Assembly (NCBI RefSeq): GCF_036971445.1
Contig: NC_091478.1
Span: 95,728,001 to 95,792,000 of the forward strand
Direction of reading: 5' to 3'
DNA: 64,000 nucleotides
Source: Narcine bancroftii
Lineage: Eukaryota
Of the stretch, positions 11,001-22,200 are shown in pieces (position 1 is the first letter of the stretch; each line of letters opens with the position of its first letter). A program made the position numbers and the translations under genes. The notes beneath the pieces were generated by a model. It was given only the letters and a program-made list of their open reading frames with translations. It was not told the DNA's origin and did no database searches.

Positions 11001-12382
11001 GCCTCGAGTTTTAGTCTTGTAGGAATATTGATACATGTAAGCTAGGCTTACGAAAAATGTTTTTGCTGTTATAACTAACTACAGGGATATTTTAATTAAA
11101 AAAAATACATTTCTGCTGAAACACTGCACAAACATTTTATAGACGGTCATTTTGGTGACACCCCCTTTGATGGTGTCACTATGTGCGGTCCGTACCCTCC
11201 GTACCCCATCTAGTAACGTCAGTTCTTGGGATAGCCTTACACAGCCTGTCTTGAAAGAGCAACCTCCTCATCCCATGACTGTCTGGTGAATCCACGTTGC
11301 AATGACTCTAAGTAAGAAAATTGTAAGTGGGCGAACTCCTCTGTAAGAGGATCTGCCCTGATGTCAGTTGGATACTGAGTATTTCTAGATAACCACACAG
11401 AATACCCTCAGCTGTCTCCGCATATCAGGAATATTCCTTCTTGTCTAATTTAGTGTCATCAAGGAAGAATATTTCCAGGACTTCTCCATGGCAAGGTAGT
11501 TAGTGTGGCAGGCTGCCAGGGTAAAGTGGATGATACTAAATAAGTAATACAGTAATAAGTCTCTGCCTTGACTTGTGTCTAGACTCTCTGACCTTGCTAC
11601 ACTGGACTTCTTGACTGGGAGATACAATAGTTGTGCCAGTTTCAAATTCATGCTCAAGCTTATTATAATCCATTTGTACAAGTACAACCTGATGAAACAG
11701 CGTTCTCTGGTCCTTGGTGCAAAACATATAAACACACATCCAGAGATAACACACATCCAGAGATAACACACATACAGACAAAAAATACATATGCAGTACA
11801 TATATAAAAATAAATAAATATTGTTTAATGAATAACCATATAACTGTTTACAGCACGGAAACAGGCCATGTCGGCCCTTCAAGTCCGTACCGGTTCACTT
11901 GAACAACTCCACTAGCTCCTCCGCAAACTCCTGAGGAAGTATCCCTTATTGCTTCTATCCATCTCCGGGAACTGCCGAGTGCTTTACTGCCCCAAAAATT
12001 CTGGTTGTGGGGAGGTATGACATGGCAGGGACTTGTGGCAGACACTTAGTAGCATCTCAGAGGGTTTGTATGAGCAGTTCATCTCAATCCTCTTGGGAAG
12101 AAGTTTTTCCCAGCCTGGTGGTTCTGGCTCTGATACTCCTGTGTCTCTTTCCCAAAAGGAGTAGCTGAAAGATGCAGTGTGAGGGGTGGTAGGTGTCCTC
12201 AATGATTATGGAAGCTCTCTTCAATCAACAATCCTGCTAGATCACGTCAATGGGGGTGGGAAACCCCAGTAATCCTCTATGCCACTCTGAGAGTCCTGTG
12301 GATTGACCTCCAATCCAATGCTGTACAGGAAACATCATGTTGTGATGTAGCTGGCCAGGACACTCTCAATAGAGCTTCTGTA

Positions 12383-14713
12383 GGCATGGATCCTGTTCTA
12401 GACAAATCAACAAGAGCAGTGGCCATGACAAGGATGGCAAAAGCCACCTTAGTTTCAATGAGAGAGATGAATTTAATGGATACCTAGAGGAAATTACATC
12501 TAAGGCAAAGAGGCTATTCCTTTTACTCTGGTAGACATGATTCATCATCCAGGATAGATTTATTTTTACTATCACTGCATTTTCAGGATGAAATCATGGA
12601 AATTAAGTATAAGGCAGGAGTCTTGTCAGACCATTCACCTCTATTATTATCGATTGTTATGCCTGATAAGTAGGGTAGGGTATACAGATGACATTTCAAA
12701 CCATTGTGGCTGAGAAGATCTGAGTTTTGTGATTTTATAAGACATATTGGAATCTTCTGTGACTAACTGTCATTCTACTGCCAATAAATTTAACATATGG
12801 GATACTTTAAAAGCATATTCAAGGGATCAAATAATTAGTTATACTTCAAGAAATACAAAAGAGTACATGAGGGAAGTAGATACATTGGAACAAGAGATGC
12901 CTAATTTGGAGAAGGACCTGCAGTTGAGGAGCTCAGAACAGAAGCGAAGAGTACTTAGTAATAAAAAGCTTGAGTATATCATGTTACAGCATGGAGAAAG
13001 CAATAATGAGAACAAAGCAAAGGTACTATGAATTGGGGGAAAGAGTTCACGAGGTCCTATCTGAAAACAGAGCAGGTCTCCAGAACAATTGAAGCAATTG
13101 AAACAGAAGCCAAGAGAATCTCTTTTAAGCCACAGGACATTAATGAGGCCTTCAAATTATTCCATTCCAAATTATATAAATCTGAGTCTCAAGAAGATAT
13201 TAAAATAAATGATTACTTGACGCAATGGTTTTCCTGAACTTGGACTTGTTAGAGCAGAGAAAACTCAATGCATCTTTTACTCAAATGGAGATAGAGGAAG
13301 CCCTGTATTAATTGCACATGAACAGATCTCTCGGTGAGGATAGTTTTCCACCTGAATTCTATAAAGAATTTAAGGATTTGTTAATGCCACTTTTTATGGA
13401 GGTATTGAATCAAGCAGTTCGATCACATACCCTGCCAGACTCCTTCTCACAGCAATAATAACAGTAATTCCCATAAAAGATAGAGATCCATTGAAACTGA
13501 CATCATATCTTTGTTGAATACAGTCTATAAAATACTAACCAAAGCTTTGTCAAACAGATTGGGGATAGTCAATGGTAGATACATGCTGATGCAGTAGAAT
13601 TTCCTGCATCAGTTGTACCTCACACTGCAAAAATTACATAAATCAAAGTCAGAAATTTTGGATATGTGTTTCAGATGTGGTATAGAGGTTGGGACCTTTA
13701 TCCACTCCACCTCACTATGTACAAAGGTGAGATCCTTTTGGGTAGACCTGGGGGACATCTTTTTAAAAATGACAAGAGTTTCCACAAGATCCAGAATTAT
13801 TCCTTCTGGGAAATAACACACCATACGATGTGTTTATCCAAACACCAAATTCAATTTGTGAAGGCTGCTTTGTTGGTAGCCAGGAAGTGCATAGCGGTGG
13901 CATGGAAATCTGACTGAGTATTGCACAATGTAGCATGGAAATGTGGAGTTGGATTCCCCAGAGAAGGTTACTTATAACTTGAGAAAGAAGTATGACATGT
14001 TCATTGAAGTGTGGCAGCCATACCTGAGACACAGAGGTGCATAGATATGATCTATACCTCCCCCCCCCGCCAAAGAAATTAGTTCAGATACAAACTGCCT
14101 TGACAGATAAATAAAGAAGAGACTGAATTAAAGTTGTGGTACAGATGACACGTGTTTTAATTTTTAATTTACATTTTTTCCCTTTGCCTTTTATGGTTGT
14201 ACTACCAATCAACCACAATCAGACAGAGAATTGTGATTAATAGGCTTTAATCACCTTAAAGTGTCAGCACAGCTTGGATCTTGCTGGCCAGTTCCAAGGC
14301 AGGTACTGAGGGAGAAGTTTGGGCATAACAGCCTTTATGCAGTATCTGGGAGGGAGAAGTCACAGGTTCAGGGGGCGGGCCAACCCATCCAGTACCATAA
14401 TGGTTTATTTAATATCCAGGGAAGGGGAGAAAATACTGGACTCTGAAGAAAAGTAATTAGATCCCCTGAAGTGGATACCGGATCCTTCCAGTTTCTCTTT
14501 CTTTCCTCCTTTTTCTTGCTTTTCTGTTTCTTTCTCTCTTATCTATTGTCTCTCTTTCCTTTCTTGATTTCTATCTCGGGGTTTTGTTTGTGGGGGATGG
14601 GGCTGTTTTGAAATATGAACAACCTGTATCATTGATATTTTTCATTTCAATTTATGTATTTGGGTAATGGTTAATTCATGATATGTATATTACCACAAAA
14701 TTAAAATACTCAA
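12383..14713 (+). mobile_element. 5'-truncated, internally deleted L1/Tx1 LINE
   Basis: EN C-terminus (YSFYSGRH..SRIDLF, SDHSPL), WDTLKAYSRDQIISY, GEDSFPPEFYKEF, YKILTKALSNRL, then a jump to the Cys-rich end (CFRC..GTFIH) and 3' UTR; flanked by TTCTGTAG/TCCTGTAG. Confidence 0.85.
14198..14399 (-). mobile_element. Solo LTR-like insert (~202 bp) in the L1 3' UTR
   Basis: Starts TGT, ends CCATA (decayed CA end); 5-bp TSD ATGGT at 14193-14197 and 14400-14404; ATTAAA on the - strand. Confidence 0.6.
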
Positions 14714-15899
14714 TCCTGTAGAAAGTTGACAGGATGGTGGCCGGTAGCTTTGCCCATCTCAGTCTTCTTAGAAAGTGCAGTCACTGTTGTGCCTTCCTGA
14801 CAAGTGAAAAGATTTTGTGTTCAGAATAGGTCATTTCTTAAGTAGACTCTGAAAAACTTGATGCTCTCCACCCTCTTCACTACCAAGTATTAACATGCAG
14901 TGGAGGCTGGTTGTCCCTGGTCCTCCTGAACTCCACAATCATCTCCTTTGTCTTGTCTACGTTGAGACTCAGATTGTTACTTTTGCACCATACGATGAGA
15001 TTTTCCACGTCTTCTCTGTAGTGCGACTCATCGTTGTTGCTGATGAAGCCAACGACTGTCATGTCATCATGTTGGTCTTCATGTGGCACCTCTTTCCCTG
15101 CACAAGGACAAGCTGCCATAGAGTGAGCACTGAAACATCTCAATGGTCAAATCTCTTGTCCTTTCATCACCCAGAGAGGACAAACCTTTACTGGAGGATG
15201 GTTATTACTTATCAGTAACTCGTTACTTGACTACTGATGGGGTAGGTGTACTGCAGGAGGATAGAACATTACAGCACAGCGCAGGCCCTTCGGCCCACAA
15301 AGTTGTGTCACTCCACAACAACCTAACTCTTCCCTCCCTCACATCTATAATCCTGTACTTTTATCTCATCCATGTGTCTATCTAAGAATCCTTTAAATGT
15401 TCCTGTTGTACCAACCATCCCTGGCAATGCATTCTATGGTGTAAAAACCCACCTCTGGCATCTCCCCTAAATTTTCCTCCGCTCACCTCTGGTATTCGCT
15501 GTTGCTGCCCTGCCGCTGGTTGACCACCCTGTCTACCCCTCTCAAAATATTAAATCTGAGGTAGGATGTAGAAGGTTCTTTGCCCTGGACCATTCCAAGG
15601 CTTGCATCCTCATTTCCTACCATCTGCAGACTTGAGGGCCACTGTTCACCACCCCACCCTACCCAGCTGCTTGTCTAACAACACTTTTTGAAATTCCTCT
15701 GTGACCTTTGCTCTCCTGACCTCTAGAACTTCCTTCAGCTACAATGTCCCAGAATAAAGGGATGGAGTCCAATAAGCACAGGCAAATAGAATGGAGATGA
15801 AGTTATAAGTGATGCTTGTCTTCATTAGCTGAAACAGAAAACACAAGAACTGGAAGGTTTTGGTCCAACTTTAGAAAATATTACTTCTTGCATCATAGC

Positions 15900-16420
15900 A
15901 AATTAGAGGAGAAGGCCATTCAGCCTTTGAGCCTACTCTACCATTCAATATGATCATGGTTGATCATGCAACCTCAGCCCCCTATTCCTCCATGCTCTTC
16001 CTATCCCTTCACCCCTTTAGCCCCAAGAACCACATCCAACACCCATTTGAATATATCTAATGAACCAGTCTCAACAATTTTCTGTAGCAAGGAGTTCCAC
16101 AAGTTCACAATTCTCTGAATGAAGAAATTTCTCCTCATCTCAGTCTTAAATGGCTTCCCCCTTCTCCTTAGACTGTGACCCCCTTGTTTTTACTTCCCAA
16201 TATCAGACACATTCTTCTAATATTGAACCTTGTCAGAATTTTATACATCTCAACGAGATCCCCTCTCATTTTCCTAAACTCCAGTGAGGAAAACCCTGGT
16301 CTATCTAGACTTTCTTCATACATCACTTCTGTTGTCCCAGGAATCAGAGTGGTGAATTTTCGCGACACCCTCTCAATGATAGGAACATCCTTTCTCAGAT
16401 AAGGAGGTCAAAACTGTTTG
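15900..16420 (-). mobile_element. CR1-type LINE 3' fragment
   Basis: ORF 16168-16368: YEESLDRPGFSSLEFRKMRGDLVEMYKIL. Confidence 0.8.
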
Positions 16421-17044
16421 GCCAAAGCTGCAGTAATGTGACCAGTTCTGTCTACCACACTAAGAAAGAAGAGGTCTAAAACCAGGAGTCAGAGGTTGAG
16501 AGCAGGCTCTGGGAAGTATTTTTAGACATCGAGAGTGGTTGGACTCCAGAATGTACTGAGAGCTGGTGGAGACAGAGGCTCTCACAACATCTACATATCT
16601 GGACAAGCACTTGAATCTCCAAGGCACGGGAGAGAACTGATCAAGTGCTTACAAATGGGATTAGTGTACAGCAGATGAGCACTCAATGGTGGGCTGAAGG
16701 GCCTGTGTGCCCGTGTCCCCCGTGACTCTTTGATCTCCGCATTGCCTCCAATGTGAACATCCTGGATTTTAATTTCTCCAAAATTGGCATCTCTGTTCTA
16801 AGCTCTGTAATTCCCTCCCTGAACTTACTGCCACTGCTTTTCTCTGTCTCTCCCTTTATTTCCTCATTCCTTTATTCACCCCATCTCTCTTCATTACCAT
16901 CTCCCTTTATTTCCCTCTCCCTTTCCTTCTCTCTCCCTCTTTTCCCTCCCACCCGTCATCTGTCCTCTCTCCAGGGAGGATTTGCCATTCTGACATTCCC
17001 ACCCCCACCTCCCAATCCGGTGGAAGCCTCAGTCCCAACCCTGG

Positions 17045-17139
17045 CAGCAGGAATTCCCCATCCCAGCGGGAATTCTCCAACCCAGCAGGAATTCCCAGTG
17101 CCAGGAGGGGAACTCTGCACACAAGGAGTTCCCAGTGCC
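17045..17139. promoter_or_regulatory. 19-bp-period tandem array carrying NF-kB-like sites upstream of RRAD
   Basis: Units start at 17045, 17064, 17083, 17102, 17122. They contain GGAATTCCCC (GGGGAATTCC on - strand), GGGAATTCTCC, GGAATTCCC, GGGGAACTCT and GGAGTTCCC. Confidence 0.55.
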
Positions 17140-17199
17140 CGCAAGAGCCGGAGCGATATTGGGACCTTCATGGATAACAGTTCGCATGTTCATCGCGGA

Positions 17200-17400
17200 A
17201 TAGCCCCCGCCCCCTCCACCCACCCCAGAATGAACTGTGGAGCGAGGTGGGCGGAGGAGTTCGGAGAAAACCCTGCCTGGAGTGGGGCTGCTTAATGGAG
17301 CTATTCTGAGCGCGGAGGGTAATGGAGCAGGGCTGATGTCAGGACTGACTTCACCCACTGCCGCTTATAAATGGAGCAGAGCTTCCAGAGGACGCAGTAG
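17200..17400 (+). promoter_or_regulatory. RRAD core promoter at the edge of a CpG island
   Basis: TATAAA 17366-17371; CRE/AP-1-like TGATGTCA 17334-17341 and TGACTTCA 17346-17353; GC box near 17205; CpG-rich ~17140-19280. Confidence 0.65.
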
Positions 17401-17462
17401 TGACGGCCGAGGCTCGGGCAGACAGCACAGAGAACCGGCATTGTGCACCGATCGACGCGCAG
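17395..17462 (+). other. RRAD: Probable non-coding exon 1 of RRAD (start approximate)
   Basis: Begins ~25-30 nt after the TATA box; ends CAG|GTAGGA. The first coding exon has an acceptor (ctccag| at 18904) 12 nt before the ATG, so an upstream exon is expected. Confidence 0.6.
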
Positions 17463-18916
17463 GTAGGAACGGTCGGGGGAAGGGGTCTAGATCTGGGAGG
17501 GTGTCACTTCTGGGCTTGTTTCAGGGTCAGAGAGACAGCCCCGGAGAATCAACCACTCCGGCTCACGGGGCCAGGAGTCTGTGGGATCTCGCCGCGCACC
17601 TGGCTCGGAGACGGCGAGGAAATCGCTGCTCTCAGTTACTAGTTTCCATTCGAGAGGGAGTGTGGGACCTCTCCCGAGGGATTTCCGCAGCCGCCTCGAA
17701 ACATAACGGTCAATGGATGACTTTGGAGAGAAAGATGTTCTCAGCGGGTCGGTCAGCCACCGTGGAGAGAGAGGGTCGGGATCCTTCATCCAGACCTGGT
17801 GGGAGGGGTGGAGAAAGGGGGAGGAGAAGAAGGGGCAGGACCTGGTTGGTGCTGAGAGGGGATGTCACTCCCACCTACCCCAGTCCCGAGCCGAAACGCG
17901 CACCCTTCTCCGGTGCCTGGGGTCCGACGGCGCCAGCTTTGTGTTCGCCCCAGTTTCCAGCGCCTGCCGCTCTTTAACCTCTCCCTGCTGGCCTCCGACT
18001 TGAGTTTGCGGGCGGAGCGTGAACTCCGGAGTGGATCGGTACGCGGCTTCAGCCCGGGACCCCAGCTCCCGCCTCCCTTCCCCCCGGCTCCTCTTCGTGT
18101 TCAGGCGTCCATATGCCACCCGCTCAGCCTTGCTGCCACAGCGGGCTGCCCGGCCCCTCTCTGCTCCACCGCAGGCCGGGTGCGCATTTACCGCCTCCCT
18201 CTCACGTCCCCGTGGCCACATCCATCAATTGGACCCATTGCCATTCCCCCTACACCCCCCGCGCTGCTCTCCCCACAATCCATCACCTCCACACCCCGGC
18301 CCGAGGGCAGCCCTTCCCCACCCTCCGCTTGCCCTTCCCACCCGGGAGAATGCGCCCCCACACAGTGAGAGGACGGCTTCTGGGGTCCTCTCGCACTTCC
18401 CACGCCGACCGCCCTTGGAGAAAGATCACACCGATCAGCGGGCGGGACCGAGCCGATAATATGACTGCACTCAGGCTCCTGTGGGATCTCAAAGGATGTC
18501 CCACTCACAGCGAGGCGCTCCCTCAGGTGGTCCTTTGAAGCAGGGCTGGATTCTAGGTTCCCTGGTTGTATTCAAAATGAGCCCAGACGGTCCCAGTAAG
18601 AGGTTTAATGGGTCAGACATCTCACCTCTTTCCATTCTACTCTCCCCACCCTCTTCATCTTCCCTCTACCTTTTGCATCTTCCTTCCACATCACCCCTTT
18701 CTCATTCACTCACCCCTTTCCTCTCCTTCTCCCCTCTCCATTTCCCTCCCTCTTCTCCTTTCCCACTCACCATCTCTCATCCTCAACCCTTCCCTTTCAT
18801 TTTCCCCGTCTTTACCCCCCTTCTCCTCCTCTTCTCCATTTCCCCTTCCCTTTTTCCTCCCCCTCGCCCTCTCCGCTCTCCCTCTCCACTGCCCCACTCT
18901 CCAGTCAGAGCGAACC

Positions 18917-19250
18917 ATGACCCTGAACAAGGTAGACCGGAGCCGGGGCCTGGACAAGCGCCGGGACAGCACGCCTCTCCACGGCCAGCAGCTGCACCGC
19001 CGGAGCATGCCGGTGGACGAGCGCGAACTGCAGGCAGCGAGCGCCTGCCCGTTGTCCCGCTGCCACGGGCAGTCCCAGCACGCCGGCTGGACCCCCGGCT
19101 CCTCCGACTCTGTCACGTCCAGCGACAGCGACAGCGGTGCCCACCTCTACAAGGTGGTCCTGCTCGGGGGCCACGGAGTCGGGAAATCCAGTCTGGCGCG
19201 GATATTTGGGGGCGTGGAGGAGAGCGAGCCTCATGAGACGGAAGGGAGAG
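18917..19250 (+). CDS. RRAD: RRAD coding exon 1 (334 nt)
   Basis: gaaccATGA start; MTLNK...YKVVLLGGHGVGKSSLARIFGG...; donor AGAG|GTGAGT. Confidence 0.93.
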
Positions 19251-22200
19251 GTGAGTGTGGCTCGGGCTGGCGACACGGAGGGAGCGAGGGGTAAGGGCAG
19301 ACGTTGGAGAGAGGGAGGGAGAGAGGGGAGGAAGGGGTGAGGGCAGAAAGAATGGGGAGAGGAGAGAGAGGGTAGAAAAAGGAGAGAGATGAAAGGGAGT
19401 GCAGAGATGGGAGATGAGGAGGGCCTGAGGAAGGTGGTCAAAGTTTTCCTGCTGTATTTAGGGATATGAGGAGGTTAGAGAGGAGCAAAAGGTACCACAG
19501 AGAAAGAAGAGGATGACAATGGGATAAAGTTTGAGAGAGGGTGAATCAGCAACTGTGGAGAGACATGGGGAGAAGATCTTTTGGGAGGCAACCCTGCATC
19601 TGAAGAGTAAGGGGATAGGCAATAGAAAAAGGTGAGGGGAAAGTGGCGAAAGCTGGTGTGATAGGTGGATCCAGGTGAGGAACTGTTGATTCGCAGGTCT
19701 GCCAGGTGGATGAAAGGAGGATGGAGATAGCAAGGGGTGGGGGGGATGGGAAGGCAGGTAGTGATGAGTCGAGAGAGTAATGGGCAGCATAGCTGATGAG
19801 AAAGGATAGATGGAACTGAGGGAGGGTAGTGGGCAGATGGGATTAATGGGGGGGGGGGGGGAATGGGGGACGCAGTGGGAGGAGAAAGAAACTGGGTCTT
19901 GGGGGATTGGAAAGGGATGTGTGTGTGAGAGGACCTGAGTAGATCAGAAGGAGAGGGAGCAGGTGCCTTGAAATTGGAGAATTTCTGTAGGAAGCATGTT
20001 TAATTCAACTTTTTGTACGTGTTTTTTGAACCACCGTAGTCCTAATGAAGGTGTTGTTGGGGAGGGGTGTCACGATTTAGAGCCTCCAAAGATCAAAGAT
20101 TTCCAAGTTGGGATGGAGTGGAATGTGAGGTTGTGGTGTCTCCTGCATCTGTTGCCAGTGTCTTTCTTAGTAGGAGAAATGTCTGGGCAAGAAACCTATA
20201 GATAGTGTTTACTGTAGTGGAGGGAAGGAGAGAGTGAATGTGTAGGGAGGTTGGGTGAGGTACTGGTCTAGAGGAAAGGATGAACCAGGTAGTAGCATGT
20301 CTCCTGAGTAATGTTGGCCCTGCACTCAGCCTGGTAAGCAGAGAAACTGGGAGAGAGTGTGAGCGTGTAAATAAAAAAAAAAGATGGAAAGAGAGAGATG
20401 GAGGTAAAGAAAGAGAGAATGTGGATAGCTCTGTATGATAGGAACCTGGTGAAAGTCAACCTGGTCAGACATAAGTGAGGGTGTACAGGTGCAGAGGATA
20501 CACAGTTGTATGCCCAGACTGGGGCGGGGGGAGTATTCCCCATCTGTTGGGGATTGGCTGTGTGTGGATTGACTGTCCTGGAGAGTGAGGATCCTCTGTG
20601 CTCAGGAAAGTATGGCACTGTTGGTGATGCTGGCGAGATTTGGTTCTGGGGCTGACTCTGCTAAAGCTTGGCATGGTGGGTTATGTGGCTAAGGCTTGGC
20701 CAGAGGTTGATGAGCTACCTTCTCCTTCAACCAACCTTGCCAAGCTGTTTAACCCGGCAATTAGTAACTGGTACTGGAGTCCTAGAAAGTCACAGAGGGG
20801 TTAAAGATAACATTTACTCCTCAAGAATCATATCTGTGGGTAGATAGATATTCGCAACAAAAATCCAACAGCTTCAAGGTAACTTTACTCCCTCCTGGAA
20901 TATTAAAGCTGGACATGTTCTCAGACCAATAACATTTGAATTGATTTAGACAACCAACTCTAGACGGATAACCTCTGCATCAGCAGGTTGTAGGTGCAGT
21001 CCCCACATTGTGAACAGTTGTAGAGTCCAGGCTGGTATATCCAGTGGGAGTACACAGTACACTTCATTGTTGGGGACATGATTATTGTAATTGTAACCTC
21101 ACTTGCATTTGATAAAGGGTCTCTCTCCTTCCCCTGATCTGCTGAATTCCTCCAGCTTCTCATTATTACCCATTTCTCCTGCCTTTTTGAGCACTTAAGA
21201 TCCCAAGACACAGGAAGGTAAGTAAATAAAACAGGAGTCCACTCAACCTGTTAAGCCTATCCCTCCATTCAATAGGCTCTGGGCCACAACATCACCCTCA
21301 ATCCTCTAAACCTTCAAAAGTGAGTCCACCTCCACTTTAATGAATGAGCTCACACCTTGGAGCAGAGATTCTAGAAATCCCTCACCCTATTAGAGAGCAG
21401 GATGGTTGTCTGCTGTGTCTCACCCACATGATTGATATCAGATATCTAGCTTGGCCTTGTCTGGAAGCTTCCTGTGCACAAGTTGGCTGCTGGTTCCCAC
21501 AACACAGCAGTTCTAGTTTTCCATTGTCCATGGAACAGATTGAGACATCCTGATGTAGTGAATGATGCTTTAGGCAAGGCAGTCTTTCTTGCCTCCTGCT
21601 ATTTTCCCAGCCTGGGGTTCCCTGCATGTTATCCACATTTCCCATAGCACACTCATTCTGGAAACCTGACCATTTTATTGATTCTGTTAAAATTGGCCTT
21701 CAGCTGTCTGTCCCCTGAGACAAGGCAGCTGTAACCTTCGCTGGAGATATTAATAGAATCCACTGCCTGAGATCAGGGTTTCCCTGGTAGCTAGTTTAAT
21801 CTCAACTTTAATAATTAATAGAAATTAAATGCAACCTCTTCAGTAATGGTGGAATGGGGACACAACTGTGTCTGTCCCCCCCCCCCATTAATTCTTACAG
21901 TATTTGCAAATTTCTGGGTTTATTTCAGATTTCCAGCAGTGTTTTGATTTGAATCCTGCTGGGTGAGGAAGACAGTCAAATGAATTGTCACGGATCAGCA
22001 ATGCACATCTAGTCCTTTGACTGGTTCAAAACTTTAATTGTAATTCACTGGAATCTCCATTGCATGACCTGGGAATGGTGGTGCTCCTTCTGCAACAAAA
22101 AGCGGCCTGCCTCTTCCTTCTTGAGGTTATTGAGGTGGGCAATGAATGGAGCTGTTGCCAGCGACATCCAGACTTTGAACACTTGAGAACTAAAACAATG

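Larger units (their letters stand above)
11500..15070 (-). mobile_element. Rex1/Babar-clade LINE split by later insertions (pieces ~11500-11830, ~12000-12382, ~14714-15070)
   Basis: RT segment DDMTVVGFISNNDESHYREDVENLIVWCKSNNLSLNVDKTKEMIVEFRR (ORF 14880-15143). The element reads through ..CTGTAG|AAAGTTGAC across the L1 insert. Confidence 0.75.

Noticed and set aside
16601-16620. p53 response element upstream of RRAD (a reported p53 target in human)
   Set aside because: Only one imperfect half-site (GGACAAGCAC), inside a CR1 tail.
16753-19441. Long overlapping ORFs (e.g. 17237-17977, 246 aa; 18481-19236, 251 aa; 18905-19441, - strand)
   Set aside because: By-products of the stop-poor CpG island and CT-rich tract. 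Only 18917-19250 has recognisable protein content.
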